In this document: positions 40,090 to 53,386 of the stretch, piece by piece
How the letters are laid out: each line of letters begins with the position of its first letter
Position numbering within the stretch: the first letter of the stretch is position 1
Assembly: GCF_006345805.1 (NCBI RefSeq)
Contig: NC_043007.1
Span: forward strand, 27,962,001 to 28,026,000
Direction: 5' to 3'
Length of the DNA stretch: 64,000 nt
Origin: Octopus sinensis
Taxonomy: Eukaryota
Position numbers and translations under genes: made by a program
Notes under the pieces: generated by a model
Told to the model about the DNA's origin: nothing
Seen by the model: only the letters and a program-made list of their open reading frames with translations
The model's database searches: none

Positions 40090-40539
40090 CCCCCTTATTT
40101 TTGTCCTCTTTCTCTCCTTTTACGATCCCTTTTGATCGAACCTCCCCCTTCCTTTTTTTTTTTTTTTTTTTTTTTAATACCTTCAAAAGAAAAGCTCTAC
40201 CTTGTAATTTGTTCTACCTGTGTGCAGCCCTGTGTGGCTAATAAAGAAACATATCTATCTATCTACCTATTTATCTATCTATCTATCTACCCAGATCACC
40301 CCTCAGGAGGGCCCCAAGACTCTTTCCACACGTTTTCCTCCCCTCTTATTCACCTGTAACTCTTCAAAAGAACCATCTGTTGTATTGACTTCTCTTGTTT
40401 CACACAATGAACAGCATTATTGCCTCTTCCTCCACACTAAACCAAGAAAATTGTTGATGAATAAAGTATATCACATCCTACTACACAATAGATTAGTGAG
40501 GCACCATTTCAGACTATGTTTGTGGAATGGTTTAACATT

Positions 40540-41290
40540 TAATATACTGAAGTCCTTCGTCTCGATCTTCCATAATAATCCTCAGCTCCTGTACCCCTTC
40601 CATACCAGAATCCTCCATCGAGTTATCAATATAGGTCGTCTTCCTCCTTCCCCTCCTGGTTCTTCCTTCCGTTTGTTACTAGAGCACTCGCTTGTTAGCA
40701 ATTTCATTGGTGTGTCTGATGCAGTATCCAGCTAGTCTCATCCTTCTATGCTGTATCTTCAATGTTTCTTTTAGTGGTCCCTGCTATAAGTCAGCGCTTG
40801 TATGACTCTTCCAGGAGACATTCAATGCCATTTTAAGCATCCTCGTCCAACTGTTTCTTTAATACTTTACTGAGCGTCCATATTTCAGCCCCGTATAGAA
40901 CAGACTCCACTGTTGCAGAAACAACCTCACTTTCAATTTCCTTGCTAACTTTGAAATCCGTACCTTTCTGAATTTATTGCACTCCAGGCAAGAGCTTTCC
41001 TTGCTATGATGTCTTCTTTGTCAGTACTTTGTGTCCACGCACCAAGGTATTTGAAATTTTCAACTACCTTGAGCGACTTACCATCTCTCACTTTCACTGA
41101 CACAGGTATTTCGTGGTTGAATACTTGCAGCTCTGTTTTCTTTGCGTTACAATACAGTTCTACCTTTCCCGATTCCTGCTCTAATCTGCTCAGCACCTCC
41201 AGTGCCTGATCTGTCCTCTCTGTTGGTGATGCCAGGTCATCAGCAGAGTCTAAGTCAATTAATGTTACTGCTTGATGCCGTCTACGTTTT
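40540..41290 (-). mobile_element. 5'-truncated RTE-clade LINE (RT C-terminal half)
   Basis: DLDSADDLA...NAKKTE...VENFKYLGAW...RKALAW...KVRLFSATVESVL-YGAEIWTL...ALNVSWKSH...RRMRLAGYC. Stops and frameshifts present. Confidence 0.85.
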
Positions 41291-42777
41291 GCCATTACTT
41301 AATTAACATAATTAAGGCTAACCCAGGACTTAACAGGATATATCGATAACAATGAAGTGCTGGGTTCTGTTAAAGCACCATACTCGTTCCTAACTTGTGC
41401 TACATTGTGACTATAAGAGAAACAGAGAGTCTTATTAGCGATAATTATATTTTAGTACAAGATATATATGATTCCATTAAGAAAGTATCTTGAAGAAAAT
41501 AAGAGTTTCTATTTGCTGTTTGAATAACAATGATTTGTCTCACCTGTGAAATTTCTCGATGATTCCTCCACTTCTTTGTCTGTCTATTCTTTCCATTATC
41601 ATTGTATGTTATCTTTATATATTTTCCTTGCTCCACAAGAACTTGATGTCTACCGCAGGTTTTAATCATGATTGCAGGAAAAAAATGATTGAGTCGATAC
41701 GTAATTCGATTTAACACCGCAACATGTCTTCTGGCATACGGATAGTGTATGGGTAGGTAGCTTCCACCAAGTCCTCCCTGACTGACACGTAGGGCCTCGA
41801 TAGATCTCTGTATTGCGCTCTTCCTCCCTAAACCGAACCATGAAAAATTCTTGGAGACACAATTGGTTGTCTTCGTTATTTTAACGCTACAGATCTCGGA
41901 CCAAAGCAAATTGTGTAGAAATGTCTAGCCATTAATATATCAACAAGAATAACAAGAATGTGGCGTGGTGTGGATGTTATGTTTTTGTACAAACATACTA
42001 ACGCTGCGTATCGACTGAATGGATAAATTTGACCATTCTGTCATAATAAGTTTCTGTCCATAAAACACCTTTATGCAAAGTATTGCGACACGTTTTATGT
42101 GGCAAATTCATGATATAATGCGTTAGGCTATTCATCTTTTATTTCCAAAGTTTTCTCCGTGTAAAATTGTGTGCATTATCTGACGATAGGTCTTACCGAA
42201 AGTTTTTGTCGTACAAAAACAAATTAACCTGGTCAGCATTGTAAAATACTCATCCGTCCAACACAGCAATTTTAATATACTCTTTCCTGTTTTACTTTAT
42301 GTCCTGGTGAAATATGTCCACCATTTTGGATTGTTTAGAGAGAGATTTAGCATACGTTACACATCTGTTTGCAAGATAAGAATCGTGGTGGCGGCGAATT
42401 TTTGAGTCAACATATTGAGAATAATTATTCAAAGACTGATATTAACTTAATTTTCTCCCTTATATCCATGCATTGTGTCCCAAGGCGAGCTCAGCGTGGA
42501 CGGAAACCACACGTCGAGCAAAAGGGCAAAAGCTCGCTCGATCTCGATTTTCAGTACGAATACGGACCGCGAACGCGTGGCTCATCGATCCTTTCCGAAG
42601 ATATGACCGGGGTAGGGTTTAAGTTAATCATTAGCTTCGAAACAACGTTGTTACATTTATGAAATCATTTCTACTTGTTTTGTATACTCACTACTGTAAA
42701 ATATACATGTTCATATTGTAGAAAAGCTATAAAACTTTGGGGTGGATCAGAAATTAGTAGATGTTTGTTAGTTTACA

Positions 42778-43735
42778 GCATTCATTGTTGTTACATTATT
42801 TACAATGAACGGATAGATGTCTTCTCACCTTGTTTGTTGTTACCACAACATTTCGGCTGATGTACTCTCCGGTCTTCATCGGGTGATGGAGTACACTGTT
42901 CTCATTCCTAAGGTATGTTATCTTTCTGGGATTGAACTTAGGATCCGAGGGTTAGTAGACCGCGCTCTTATCCGCCACGCTATATGCCCGTGGGCAATTA
43001 TAGAGTATATTTTAGGGCTTATAAACCTAGTATTTTATTTTTTCTCAATACTGGTTCCTATATTACATTTATGGAGGCGCAATGGCCTCGTGGTTAGGGC
43101 AGCGGACTCGCGGTCGCAGGATCGCGGTTTCGATTCCCAGACCGGGCGTTGTGAGTGTTTATTGAGCGAAAACACCTAAAAAAGCTCCACGAGGCTCCAG
43201 CAGGGGGTGGTGATCCCTGCTGTACTCTTTCACCACTCTTTCTCCTACTCTTTCTTCTGTTGGCCTGCTCGCTTAGCCAGCGGGGTGGCGTCATTTGAAG
43301 GCTAAAACAATGCGAACGCATTGTGACCAGCGATGTGTAACAACATCTGATGGTCTGGTTGGTCACGTGATCACGTGATATTACATTTATATCTACACTT
43401 GGTTTGCTTAGGGTTAGGGTCCTAGCATATGTGCTGCCTCTTTTAATTTTCGTATTTTCCAGTGGTGTTCTCTGTCGATTATTGTATCTTCATCCCGTTT
43501 TTCCATACATGATCGGCTATACCCGATTTTTCAACACCCTTTCGTGTCACAGCTTTACGATGTTCCTCTATCCTTACTTTAAAGGGGCAGGCATTAATCA
43601 AATAAAGGGTTGGCTTCGCAATTAGACTAGGACACCTGATGACGGCTGGAGAGTACATCAGCCTAAACATTGTGATAACAGCAAATAAGATGAGGACACC
43701 TATCCGTTCAATATATATAATTCTCCATCCCAGAA
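42778..43735 (-). mobile_element. PLE relic: GIY-YIG C-terminus, then tRNA-like segment, then HHR (42842-42887), with an inverted partial repeat (+, HHR at 43633-43674) at the 5' end
   Basis: PFKVRIEEHRKAV...KSGIADHVWK...IIDREHHWKIRKLKEAAHMLG...SKPSVDIN..EPVL, interrupted by a SINE. Confidence 0.75.
43073..43377 (+). mobile_element. SINE family A (A1) with 13-bp TSD, inserted into the PLE relic
   Basis: ATATTACATTTAT at 43060-43072 and 43378-43390. Confidence 0.9.
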
Positions 43736-43859
43736 ATGTAGAACAGTATTCATGGTTGATAGTGGCCGGTACAGTTATTTTTGTTTGAAGATATATTTTA
43801 AGTTTGTCTGCAATTTTCGATAATGTACCTTACCACACGTTATTTTTATTATTCTTCAG

Positions 43860-44141
43860 ATTTGTGCAGCAATGCCATTCGACGATAGCAACATTAAGAA
43901 AACGATTTCGGATCAGCTTCACCAGAGGTTTAACTTTAGAAAGAAGAGGAACATATCACGCGCTTGTAAAAGCCTCATAAAGGGGATTCTATGTCCAGAC
44001 ACCGAAACCCGATTAAAAGTACAGGACATTCTAAACAGTGCGTGGATGCATGATACTCATAAAACAGCACCAGTATCGGCAACAGCTTCAAGAGTGTCCG
44101 TTTCTTCTGTGAATGCCAAAAAGAATGAAAAGAGTGAGTGA
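43860..44141 (+). CDS. TSSK: TSSK-family kinase exon 4 (ICAAMPFDDSNIKK...RLKVQDILNSAWM...EKSE*)
   Basis: Acceptor TTATTCTTCAG|. MPFDDSNIKK resembles TSSK1/2 MPYDDSNIKK. TGA ends at 44141. Joined CDS is 288+149+208+282=927 nt, with no internal stop. Confidence 0.95.
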   Translation: MCAAMPFDDSNIKKTISDQLHQRFNFRKKRNISRACKSLIKGILCPDTETRLKVQDILNSAWMHDTHKTAPVSATASRVSVSSVNAKKNEKSE

Positions 44142-44384
44142 AAAGGAGGCAAGCAATGTTTCTAGGTCCAAGTATTTGTGTATTTATCTTATTCTGTATA
44201 GTGGCAAAAAATTTTATATCCATCCAATCACATTCGTCGTTTTTGTTCCTTTCTTTTGCCACCGCCTCAAATTGGCCGGGACGTGCTGTATGGTGGTCCA
44301 GACCTTATTGTAAATATTTGTATTTCTTTTTTCACATTGTAGACAATTCTCTATTGGTTTGATAAGATGTGGTCAAGAAAGGAG

Positions 44385-44465
44385 ATGTGTAGAGACGTAG
44401 TGGTTTAAGAGCCCAGGCTACTAATCCTAAGATTCCGAGTTCGATTCCAAGTAGTGACCTGAATA

Positions 44466-44541
<76 letters not shown>

Positions 44542-44632
44542 GATGATGATGATGATGATGATGATGATAATAATAATAATGATAATAATAATAATAGTAA
44601 TAATAGTAGTAGTAGTAATAATAATAATAATA

Positions 44633-44685
<53 letters not shown>

Positions 44686-44830
44686 TCGAAAATATCTTAG
44701 GAATGAGAACCCAGGTTCGAAATTTTCGCAAAGACACCTGATGAAGGCTGGAAGGTATATCAGCTGTAACGTTGTGTGAACAAGAAACAAGATGAGGACA
44801 AATATCCGTCGAATGTAAATAATGTATTCT
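44385..44830 (+). mobile_element. Solo unit: tRNA-like head, microsatellite, HHR-bearing tail
   Basis: B box GAGTTCGATTCC at 44437-44448. (AAT/GAT)n at about 44462-44685. HHR-like ACAC-CTGATGA-A-GGCTG...CAGCT-GTAACGT-T-GTGT at 44734-44777. Confidence 0.7.
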
Positions 44831-45287
44831 GAGAGCAGTTGTTCTAATAGAATTGTTGCTTTGTGAATATTCTCACTCGTGTTTTTCTATAAAATGTGGT
44901 AAATTTAGTGGTGACGGCTTCATTGGCAAGACTCTTCTCACCGAGTTTATACCGGAAGCCTTGTGATCGAAATCCAGTAAATGAAAAATCATGCTGAAGT
45001 CATTGAGGTGGTATCTACCAAACCCTGAAGGGGTGCGGTTTAAGTTCGATCCGTCGGCTGCATTTTTGGCGCCTTTAGTGGAATTTACAATGATGCAAAG
45101 TATTTGAAGCAAGTCTCCGATCTGAAGATAACTTTACTTTCTTGAGGGCTACATGTCTTTAACTTCAGTTTCCTGGACGGCCATTCATTATTAACCAGAA
45201 TAGGGAAACGAACAAAATTAAAGTCCAAATTCTTCCGTATTTTGATCATTATTACCATATCTGGTGGTGGTGGTGGTGGTGGTGGTT

Positions 45288-45332
<45 letters not shown>

Positions 45333-45676
45333 TGGATGAGGATGATGATGTGGATGAGGATGATGATGATGATGATGGTGTTAGTGGGGGTGGTGATGAT
45401 GATAGTGTTGGTGATGAAGATGACGATAGTGATGATGGTGATGAGGGTGATGATAATGATTGATGATGGTGATGATAATGAAGATGGTAATGATGGTGAT
45501 GATGATATATGGTGATGATGATGGTGATGATGATGATGGTGATGATGGTGATGGTGATGATGGTGATGATGACGGTGATGACGATGATTGATGTGGATGA
45601 TGATTGACGATGTTGATGACGAAAGTGACGATGACGATGATGATGATGATGATGATTATGGACATCGATATTGTGG

Positions 45677-45990
45677 ACTGAAAGAAGCCCGTCGTATATA
45701 TGAATAAATAAATATATATATATATAAATAAATATATATATATATATATATATATAATACGTATGTATGTATGTGTATATGTTTGTGTGTCTTTGTTTCC
45801 TCCCCCCAACATCACTTAACAACAGGTGGTGGTGTGTTTACGTCCCCGTAACTTAGCGGTTCTGCAAAAGACACCGATAGAATAAGTACTAGGCTACCAA
45901 AGAATAAGTGCTGGAGTCGATTTGCTCGACTAAAAAAGGCGGTGCTCCGACATGGCCGCCGTCAAATGACTGAAGCAAGTAAAAGAGTAA
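45677..45990 (+). mobile_element. SINE family B, 5'-truncated
   Basis: Homology starting at CTGAAAGAAGCCCGTCG. Confidence 0.75.
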
Positions 45991-46259
45991 CTTAACGCAC
46001 CACCCGGTCCGAGAATCGAAACCAGGATCTCACAATTGTGAGCGAAACGCGCTAACAACTAAGCCATTGGCCATCATCGTTCTTGCTACCGATTTCATTA
46101 CACCGACGCTACTATAATGATGGTTTTCAGCCTCATTAATTGTATCATCGCATTCGAAATTGAAATCTTTATGCCTCATAATTGATAATTAATTCTTTCT
46201 AGAATTTGATTATTCAGGAATATATAAACCACTTGATTTATCAATACATGAACATGTAT

Positions 46260-46530
46260 CACAATTGCCATGTATCATATTTAATGTGAATACATCATGA
46301 AACAGCAAATTAACTGCGGTATTCTTCCGGAAATAGTATCTCTAATGCGTGTGCAGTGTTTAAAAACACAATATAAATTACATTGATCCATATTCGTCTA
46401 AGTATCTGAGCAGGAGGACAAAGGTTCGGATCTTCAGCTCTCTTGCCTTCCCTGGCATGCTGTATACTTACGAAAATTGGACATTGTGTGGAGCCCTTCG
46501 GTGTTGCCTTAATTGCTTCGGTACCTGGAC
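46260..46530 (-). mobile_element. Degenerate PLE reverse-transcriptase relic
   Basis: IKATPKGST.CPIF (compare KGTPMGS..SP), frameshifted LRYLDE (compare RYxDD), FLN.H. Confidence 0.4.
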
Positions 46531-47070
46531 GCATCGCAGGATAATCAGTGACCACTGGTCAAGTTTCGTGTCCAATTAACAACTATACTGTGGTAAGAAG
46601 CTTGTTTCCCAACCACATGGCTCCGGGTTCAGTCACACTGCGTGGCACCTTGGGCAAATGTTTATATTAATCGTGTTCAATTCATAAGCTCTATTCTCTC
46701 TCTCTCTCTTTTTTTTCTCTCTCTCTCTCTTGCTCTCTCTCTCTCTCTCTCACCCTTTTCTCTCTCGCTATCCCGCCCCCAACAACAGCTATTTGTATAC
46801 ATTTTGTGCGCGTTCAGTCAGGCGCGCCAAAATCGTCAGAATCCCATCAGATGCGCCCACTCGTCTCAATGCGCCTTTAGATAGAGAGAAATAGCCAGAC
46901 CAGCAAGCAGACAGACAGACATGAGGAGTAGATAGACAGCCAACAACTGATGAAGGGTCGTTCTCAGTGTTTTATTTGTCCTGTTTCTATTTTTTCTCTC
47001 GTTGTTTGCGTACTTCATGTTGTTTATACAGTTGGTGACGTCCTGTACCCATATATGCATATGTATGTAT

Positions 47071-47139
<69 letters not shown>

Positions 47140-47575
47140 GGAAAGTTTACGAAAATAAACAAAAGACGGAGGCAGGTGGAGTACAAACAAACAAATGTAT
47201 TAGTATAGCACTCAGGAATAGAATAAGTCTTTTACGTTTCGATATATATATATATATATGACAACATTTATTAATTAAGAATTATTATTAATTTTACCAA
47301 GTAGTCAGTACGTTTAAAAAACCCTTTTTTAGGCACTTAGCTGACCCCTGATTATAATTATGTATATAATTGTAGAATATTTTATATGTGCGTGTGTGAG
47401 TGTGTGTGTGTGTATGTATGTACGTATGTATGGTGAATGTATGTATGGATTAATTGTACAATTAATTTATGGAATAAAGTTCTACAAATCCAATCATATT
47501 TGTCAAAAACGGAGGAGATAAGATGCTAAAAAGTTGTATATCCGCATATATACATATATATACATACATAAATAC

Positions 47576-47621
<46 letters not shown>

Positions 47622-47633
47622 TATAATATATAT

Positions 47634-47686
<53 letters not shown>

Positions 47687-48334
47687 AGCTCTTCACGAAA
47701 TATATTTGGTTAAATACACCTCGTTCAATATGGCGTAATTTCACCCTTTCTAAACGCTTGACAAATTAAACTGTAGTTGTGATCAAGAATGTTTAGTTTT
47801 TAACCTATTAAGTGATTGCTTTGGAGGAGACTGATTCACAGAGTTGCAAGCTTTTCAGCCCACTTAATATCACAGTACCTCTGATTGGAATGAAAGCAGT
47901 CATTATGGTAAAATGGTGGTGAATTTATAACATTACAACGAATAAATATAGAGGCGTTAAAAGTGTTAATGGCAAAAGAAAGTTCATTAGAAATTGGACG
48001 TCGCGAAAGTTTTCGTTCATTGCATTTGATTTCCACAGGTGCTATGGTTGGTTAGGGTATATTCTTGGTGTTGGCACAGGTTGCCAAATACACCTGATTT
48101 TGTGTAATACTTGTGTGTGTGAAGAGTATATATATATATATATATATATATTGGTGGTTACACTGAGTTGGGGGCTGTATCTTGTGAAAAGTGAATTCTT
48201 AATGCGTTTGATGTGTGCATGTGTGTGTGTGCATTTGTATTCAGTGTGTGTACGCATGTATACATCATATGTCTGGGTGTGAACGATCTATATGTAGATG
48301 CACCTATACATGTGAACACAGTCACAAACAAATA

Positions 48335-48416
<82 letters not shown>

Positions 48417-48604
48417 GTGTATATATGTGTGTATATATATATGTGTGTGTGTGTGTATGTATGTATGCATATACTTTTACATGTTTGTGTGCATGCTTGT
48501 GTGTGAGTGTATATATATATATAATATATATATATATATATACACACATATTTATATTTATATATATATGTACATACATATAAGTATATATATACACATA
48601 TATT

Positions 48605-48699
<95 letters not shown>

Positions 48700-49156
48700 A
48701 TACAATAAGTGTTTTAAAATGTTTCTGTGTCGTTATATATATTCTTGTATACACAAATCTGCGGGTTCTCCTCTCCTTGTGTTGTGTCTGTTTATTAAGT
48801 TTGCCTTCTTCCTTTCCATTTCTAACAATTCGTTAATGTCTTCCTATCGTTTGTGTGTATCTGCTCTTCTGCTGATTACGAACAGCGTAGTAGTCAAGTG
48901 TTCTTTTTTCACTAATGCAATTTAGACCGTTGCGCATGCGCGTATTGCGTGTGTGCCTGTGTGTGGGGGGGGATTGCTTGGTCGTATGCAAGTAGGAACC
49001 TAAGTGTGGATGGCTGCGCATTTATGCTAGTGTGTGTGCATTTAGATATGTGTGTTTGCGTGTACTTGGTTTGTATGTTTGTGTGTGTGTGAAGTTGGAT
49101 ATGTCTATGTGATTGTGTCTGTGTTATGTAGGTCAATATATATATATATGTTTGTA

Positions 49157-49346
49157 AGGCGGCGAGCTGGCAGAAACGTTAGCACGCCGGGCGAAATGCG
49201 TAGCCGTATTTCGTCTGCCGTTACGTTCTGAGTTCAAATTCTGCCGAGGTCTTTCATTCTTTCGTGGTCGATAAATTAAGTACCAGTTACGCACTTGGGT
49301 AGATGTAATCGACTTAATCCGTTTGTCTGTCCTTGTTTGTCCCCTC
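49157..49346 (+). mobile_element. SINE family C
   Basis: Homology. Confidence 0.8.
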
Positions 49347-49599
49347 TTTAAAATCGTGATGTAGATTCCAAAAATGACATTACTTTTGCTTTATCGGCCC
49401 TAATCTATTAAGAATTATTAAATAGACGCACTTCTGAAGCACAAGTAACAATAATATTAATCCTGTTAACGTACAACACGCCATTAAAATAATCCCATAT
49501 TGGAAAATTTCTTTATTTCAGGATACTAAGACGTTGCATAAGAATTTATAGCAAGTTCAACGCTAAAAAAATACCTGAAATTGTCAACAACAAATAAAT

Positions 49600-49880
49600 C
49601 TTCTTTTATAGGACTTTTCAAAGGGAAAACTGTCATCACAGTATCCTTGAATTGTCAGCAACAAAGAGTAATCATACGTGCATGAAGCCTTCCATGAGCT
49701 AATTCCTTCTTTGTGTTGACTTTATATCCTCACGAAATGTTCGCATTGTTTTCCACTTCGATTAGCAAACTTTTCTAATAAGCGATCTAAGTCGATGTAA
49801 AGAGCGTTGAAGCTCATATTAGAGCCAAATTAATTAAGAGCAAGCCCTTTACTAATTCATAGAAGGCTTCCGATTTTTAG
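49600..49880 (-). mobile_element. Degenerate DNA transposase relic, Chapaev3-like
   Basis: FLGN*KSE.FYELV..LL...GSNMS....DLDR......S..Q.E.F. This resembles the FLGNHK..NY..LV...GCNMSLK.HFLHSHLD...S+EQGERFHQ motif, recalled rather than searched. Confidence 0.5.
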
Positions 49881-50140
49881 TTGCCAAGAAATGTTTTCAC
49901 AGTTAGACCATACAGTGTTGGTCCGCTGGATTCTGCCTTCTTTATTCAATTTTTGGAAAGAGAGTCAGTTACAAACAGTTTCTTTTTTTATCTAAGGAGC
50001 ATTAAAACATTATGGCTTTAAATTCTTCCTACACAGCGGTGTTTTCTGCACGCGCATCCAAAGCAAAGATTGTTACAAATGTTTTACCCATTGCTTCATG
50101 TATATATATGTGCGTGTGTATGCGCATGTGTGTATATATA

Positions 50141-50190
<50 letters not shown>

Positions 50191-50290
50191 TAAAAACGGT
50201 AATATAACAAAAGAAAGTAAGAGACCTCAATATTATGTAAATAGGGGAAATTTATCTATAAAATAATATGTTACATTTACTCAATAGTCA

Positions 50291-50353
50291 AGATAAAACT
50301 CTGAGTTTCAGATGCCGAAGTGGAAATCCACAACACCATCTCTTCGGTTATCT
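50291..50353 (-). ncRNA. Type-I HHR-like motif (CCGAAGA core)
   Basis: AGATAA-CCGAAGA-GATG...CATCT-GAA-ACTCAGAGT-T-TTATCT. Stem I is a perfect 6 bp. Confidence 0.55.
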
Positions 50354-50623
50354 GGCCATCTGAAAAACGCTATGAAGTGGACAGCATGGAAAATATCACC
50401 TTCAGAGGTAATAATTATCAAAATTATAAATTAGGGTATCTACGAGATACCACCGTGCTGAAAATAGCAGCCATGATCCGACTCTAAAGCCACCTTAAAT
50501 TTTCATATAGCAACATGGAGAGAAGACAAACAGACAAGATGAAACTAGCAAAAAAAAGTTTTACTAGTTTATACTAAGTTATAATTTTATATATATATAT
50601 TTAAATATATATATATAATATAT

Positions 50624-50655
<32 letters not shown>

Positions 50656-50904
50656 CATATTATACGTACATATATGATGTATGTGGTATGTATGTATGAA
50701 TAATCATTGCTGCATTGTATTTTTGCATCAGGCACAACAATATGGCTAAATTATATAAAATGCTTTAAAACCGTATGAGGAATGTAAAGGAGGAACTGGG
50801 CCAAGCAGATAACATGGTGTCGATAAATGAAAACAAAGAAAAAACTCATCTGCGTTCCTTACCTTATTGAATGAACCTATGATATTTCGGCAAAAATCCT
50901 TCAT

Positions 50905-50985
50905 TTCCAGTAGAAGAAATTAAACTAAATTAATTCAAGTAGAAGAAATTAAATTAAATTAATTCAAGTAGAAGAAATTAAATTA
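50905..50985. repeat. Short minisatellite, about 3 copies of AGTAGAAGAAATTAAA(C/T)TAAATTAATTCA
   Basis: Read directly from sequence. Confidence 0.8.
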
Positions 50986-52104
50986 GTTGTTAAAGTAAAT
51001 ATACTGTTACCAGTAGGCCATTGTAATGTATATACATTCATACGCAAATACGCAACACAGACAACGGATATGATGATATAAAGTACGTTAATTTGGCCCT
51101 ACATGTGGATAAGAAAGATTTGAAATTTTAGATTTATTTGTCCGTCATCAGAAAGAACGACTATTAAGTAATGGAAAGAGAGCCAAGAAATACGGTAAAG
51201 TGGCGTGTAACTTAAATACACGTGTATTTATGAGAAGACCATTTTTGGAGAGGGCTGAAGTAGAAGGGAAGAGATTTGCTCTTCAGTTATGAATTGCTCA
51301 AACAGGGAGCTGAGGTTGGTTATGTGAATGCGTCGATTGCTGTTTGTGTCTGTGTTTGTGACTGTGTGTGTCTGTGTGTGCATGCGCGTGCGTTTATTTG
51401 GTGTATACGACTGCACGAAAGAAACATACTCACATGTTTCGGAATACACGCATAGAAAAATGCGCGCACATTCATAAGTCTCCGATTCATATTTTCTCAG
51501 AAGCTTACAAAACAAAATGGTGCCAGTGTTTGTGTGTGCTTTACCACATTATTGTTTCTAGGTTGGTCGTTTTATAATTCTTTTGTAATATTACGTAATA
51601 ACAATACATTAGAAATACGTCTCTATATTTCATAAAAGCTCTTGGTTTTGTCTGCGTTCATAAATATATTGGAAGAATTCTGAAAGGCTGTAAGAATTCT
51701 TTTAGTGCTTTCTCGAATCACTTAGTTCCATTATGAATCTTTACGGGTTTTACTTTGCAAATATCAATTGTAGACTTACCCTCTGTCGCTTTAAATGATG
51801 TTAGCCATTCAGTAAAGGAAAGTGAGTCATCAAAATTTGTTTCCCTCGGATGATATAAACAACTCTATGCTAAATAAATACGAGATTAAAATTTAGCATT
51901 TCGTTCAGCAAGGGATCTGTATGCTCGTCAACCGTGTTAGGGTACTGTTAGATCTTTTGCCAACAAAACAAGGGAGGCAGATACTTAATGCTAGCTAACA
52001 GGAAGTACAAGATATCTGCATTTCATTCGCACTATATTTTGCGAAATTATTTACACTTAAGCATAGATATTGAATACTTTGACGGTTTTCGATGACGTGT
52101 ACAT

Positions 52105-52175
<71 letters not shown>

Positions 52176-52184
52176 TATATTATA

Positions 52185-52400
52185 TTAAATTAGAGATAAA
52201 ACCACTATTAGGCAAATCAAACAATGAAAAACATAAGCCAATACATAAATTAATTAATTTATATTATTTTAAATATATATCAAAATTATTAAAAGTTTAA
52301 TAAAAGATAATGAGTAAAACACTACGATCGTTTCATGGCTGTCCAATTCGTAATAATTCGAGTTATGGTTACAGTCAATCTTCAGGTAATGAAATATCTA
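52185..52400 (-). mobile_element. PLE-type repeat related to 36945-37100, with an HHR at 52319-52389
   Basis: CTGAAGA...GACTGT...ACAGCCAT-GAA-ACGATCGT-A-GTG. Shares the 3' end GTGGTTTTRTCTC. Confidence 0.55.
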
Positions 52401-52487
52401 AATATAATCAGAAATATTTAAACAATATTTTTAAGATATAAATAATATAATAATTTTACTGATAATAAACTCTATTATCAAACTAGA

Positions 52488-52552
<65 letters not shown>

Positions 52553-52587
52553 CAAAGTGAGGCTGTAGGTGCCGCACGAGTGGAATT

Positions 52588-53025
52588 ATATATGAAAGAA
52601 GGTTTAAATGCAATTTTAAAAGATGTGTATTCACTTCACCGGTTTCACTTTTTTAGAAAAAGATTGTCAAAAGTAAAATGTAAAAGCTTTGTTTTGTTAG
52701 GTACTGGTTGTCACAAAATATTACAATACATATATACATTATTTGATAATAATAAGAAAATGTTAAAAGATTTTCTTATTATTATCAAAGAATGGATATA
52801 TGTATTGTAATCTTTTGTGCCTAATATTTTAATGAACATTTTAATTTTTTTATATTTTCCCAAGATTTTTCCTTGTAAACTGCTTTTTAACATGTTCTTA
52901 TTATTATCAAAGAATGTATATATGTATTCTAACATTTTGTGACAACCAGTACCTTTTTTCTCAAAAACGTGAAACCGGTCAAGTGAATAAACATCTTTTA
53001 AAATTTTAAACCTTCTTTCATATAT
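52588..53025. mobile_element. Foldback/MITE-like element with long nested inverted repeats
   Basis: Ends are TATATGAAAGAAGGTTTAAA and TTTAAACCTTCTTTCATATA; an inner arm occurs three times. Confidence 0.75.
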
Positions 53026-53354
53026 ATATATATATATATCTCAAAAATGGAAGAAGAAGCACAAAAAAGCAACAACGCGAGGACGTGGTACATGTAAAGT
53101 ATTAGCAGACGTGCAGGGAAGGAAAGGAAGGTGGTTTTACGTTTCGAGCAACGCTCTTCTTCAGAAACAGAGGAAAGTCCAATGCAAAAGGATGACAGAG
53201 GAAGAAAAATCGCCAACGATTCACTTGTGGTTACATTTTGAAATGTATATATATATATATATATATAATACATTTCTAAATCTCTCATATATTCTTTTTT
53301 ATTTTTTTACTCGTTTCAGCAATGTAGCTATGGTCATGCTGGAGCATGAATGTT

Positions 53355-53386
<32 letters not shown>

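Noticed and set aside
43406-43420. TTAGGGTTAGGG telomere-like dimer inside the PLE relic (also TTTAGGG-like motifs in a short duplication at 13240-13370)
   Set aside because: Only two units, which is compatible with chance or local slippage.
44734-44777. Idea that this HHR cleaves the TSSK 3' UTR
   Set aside because: The core is mutated (GTAAC instead of GAAAC) and the transcript end is unknown, so activity of this copy is unlikely.
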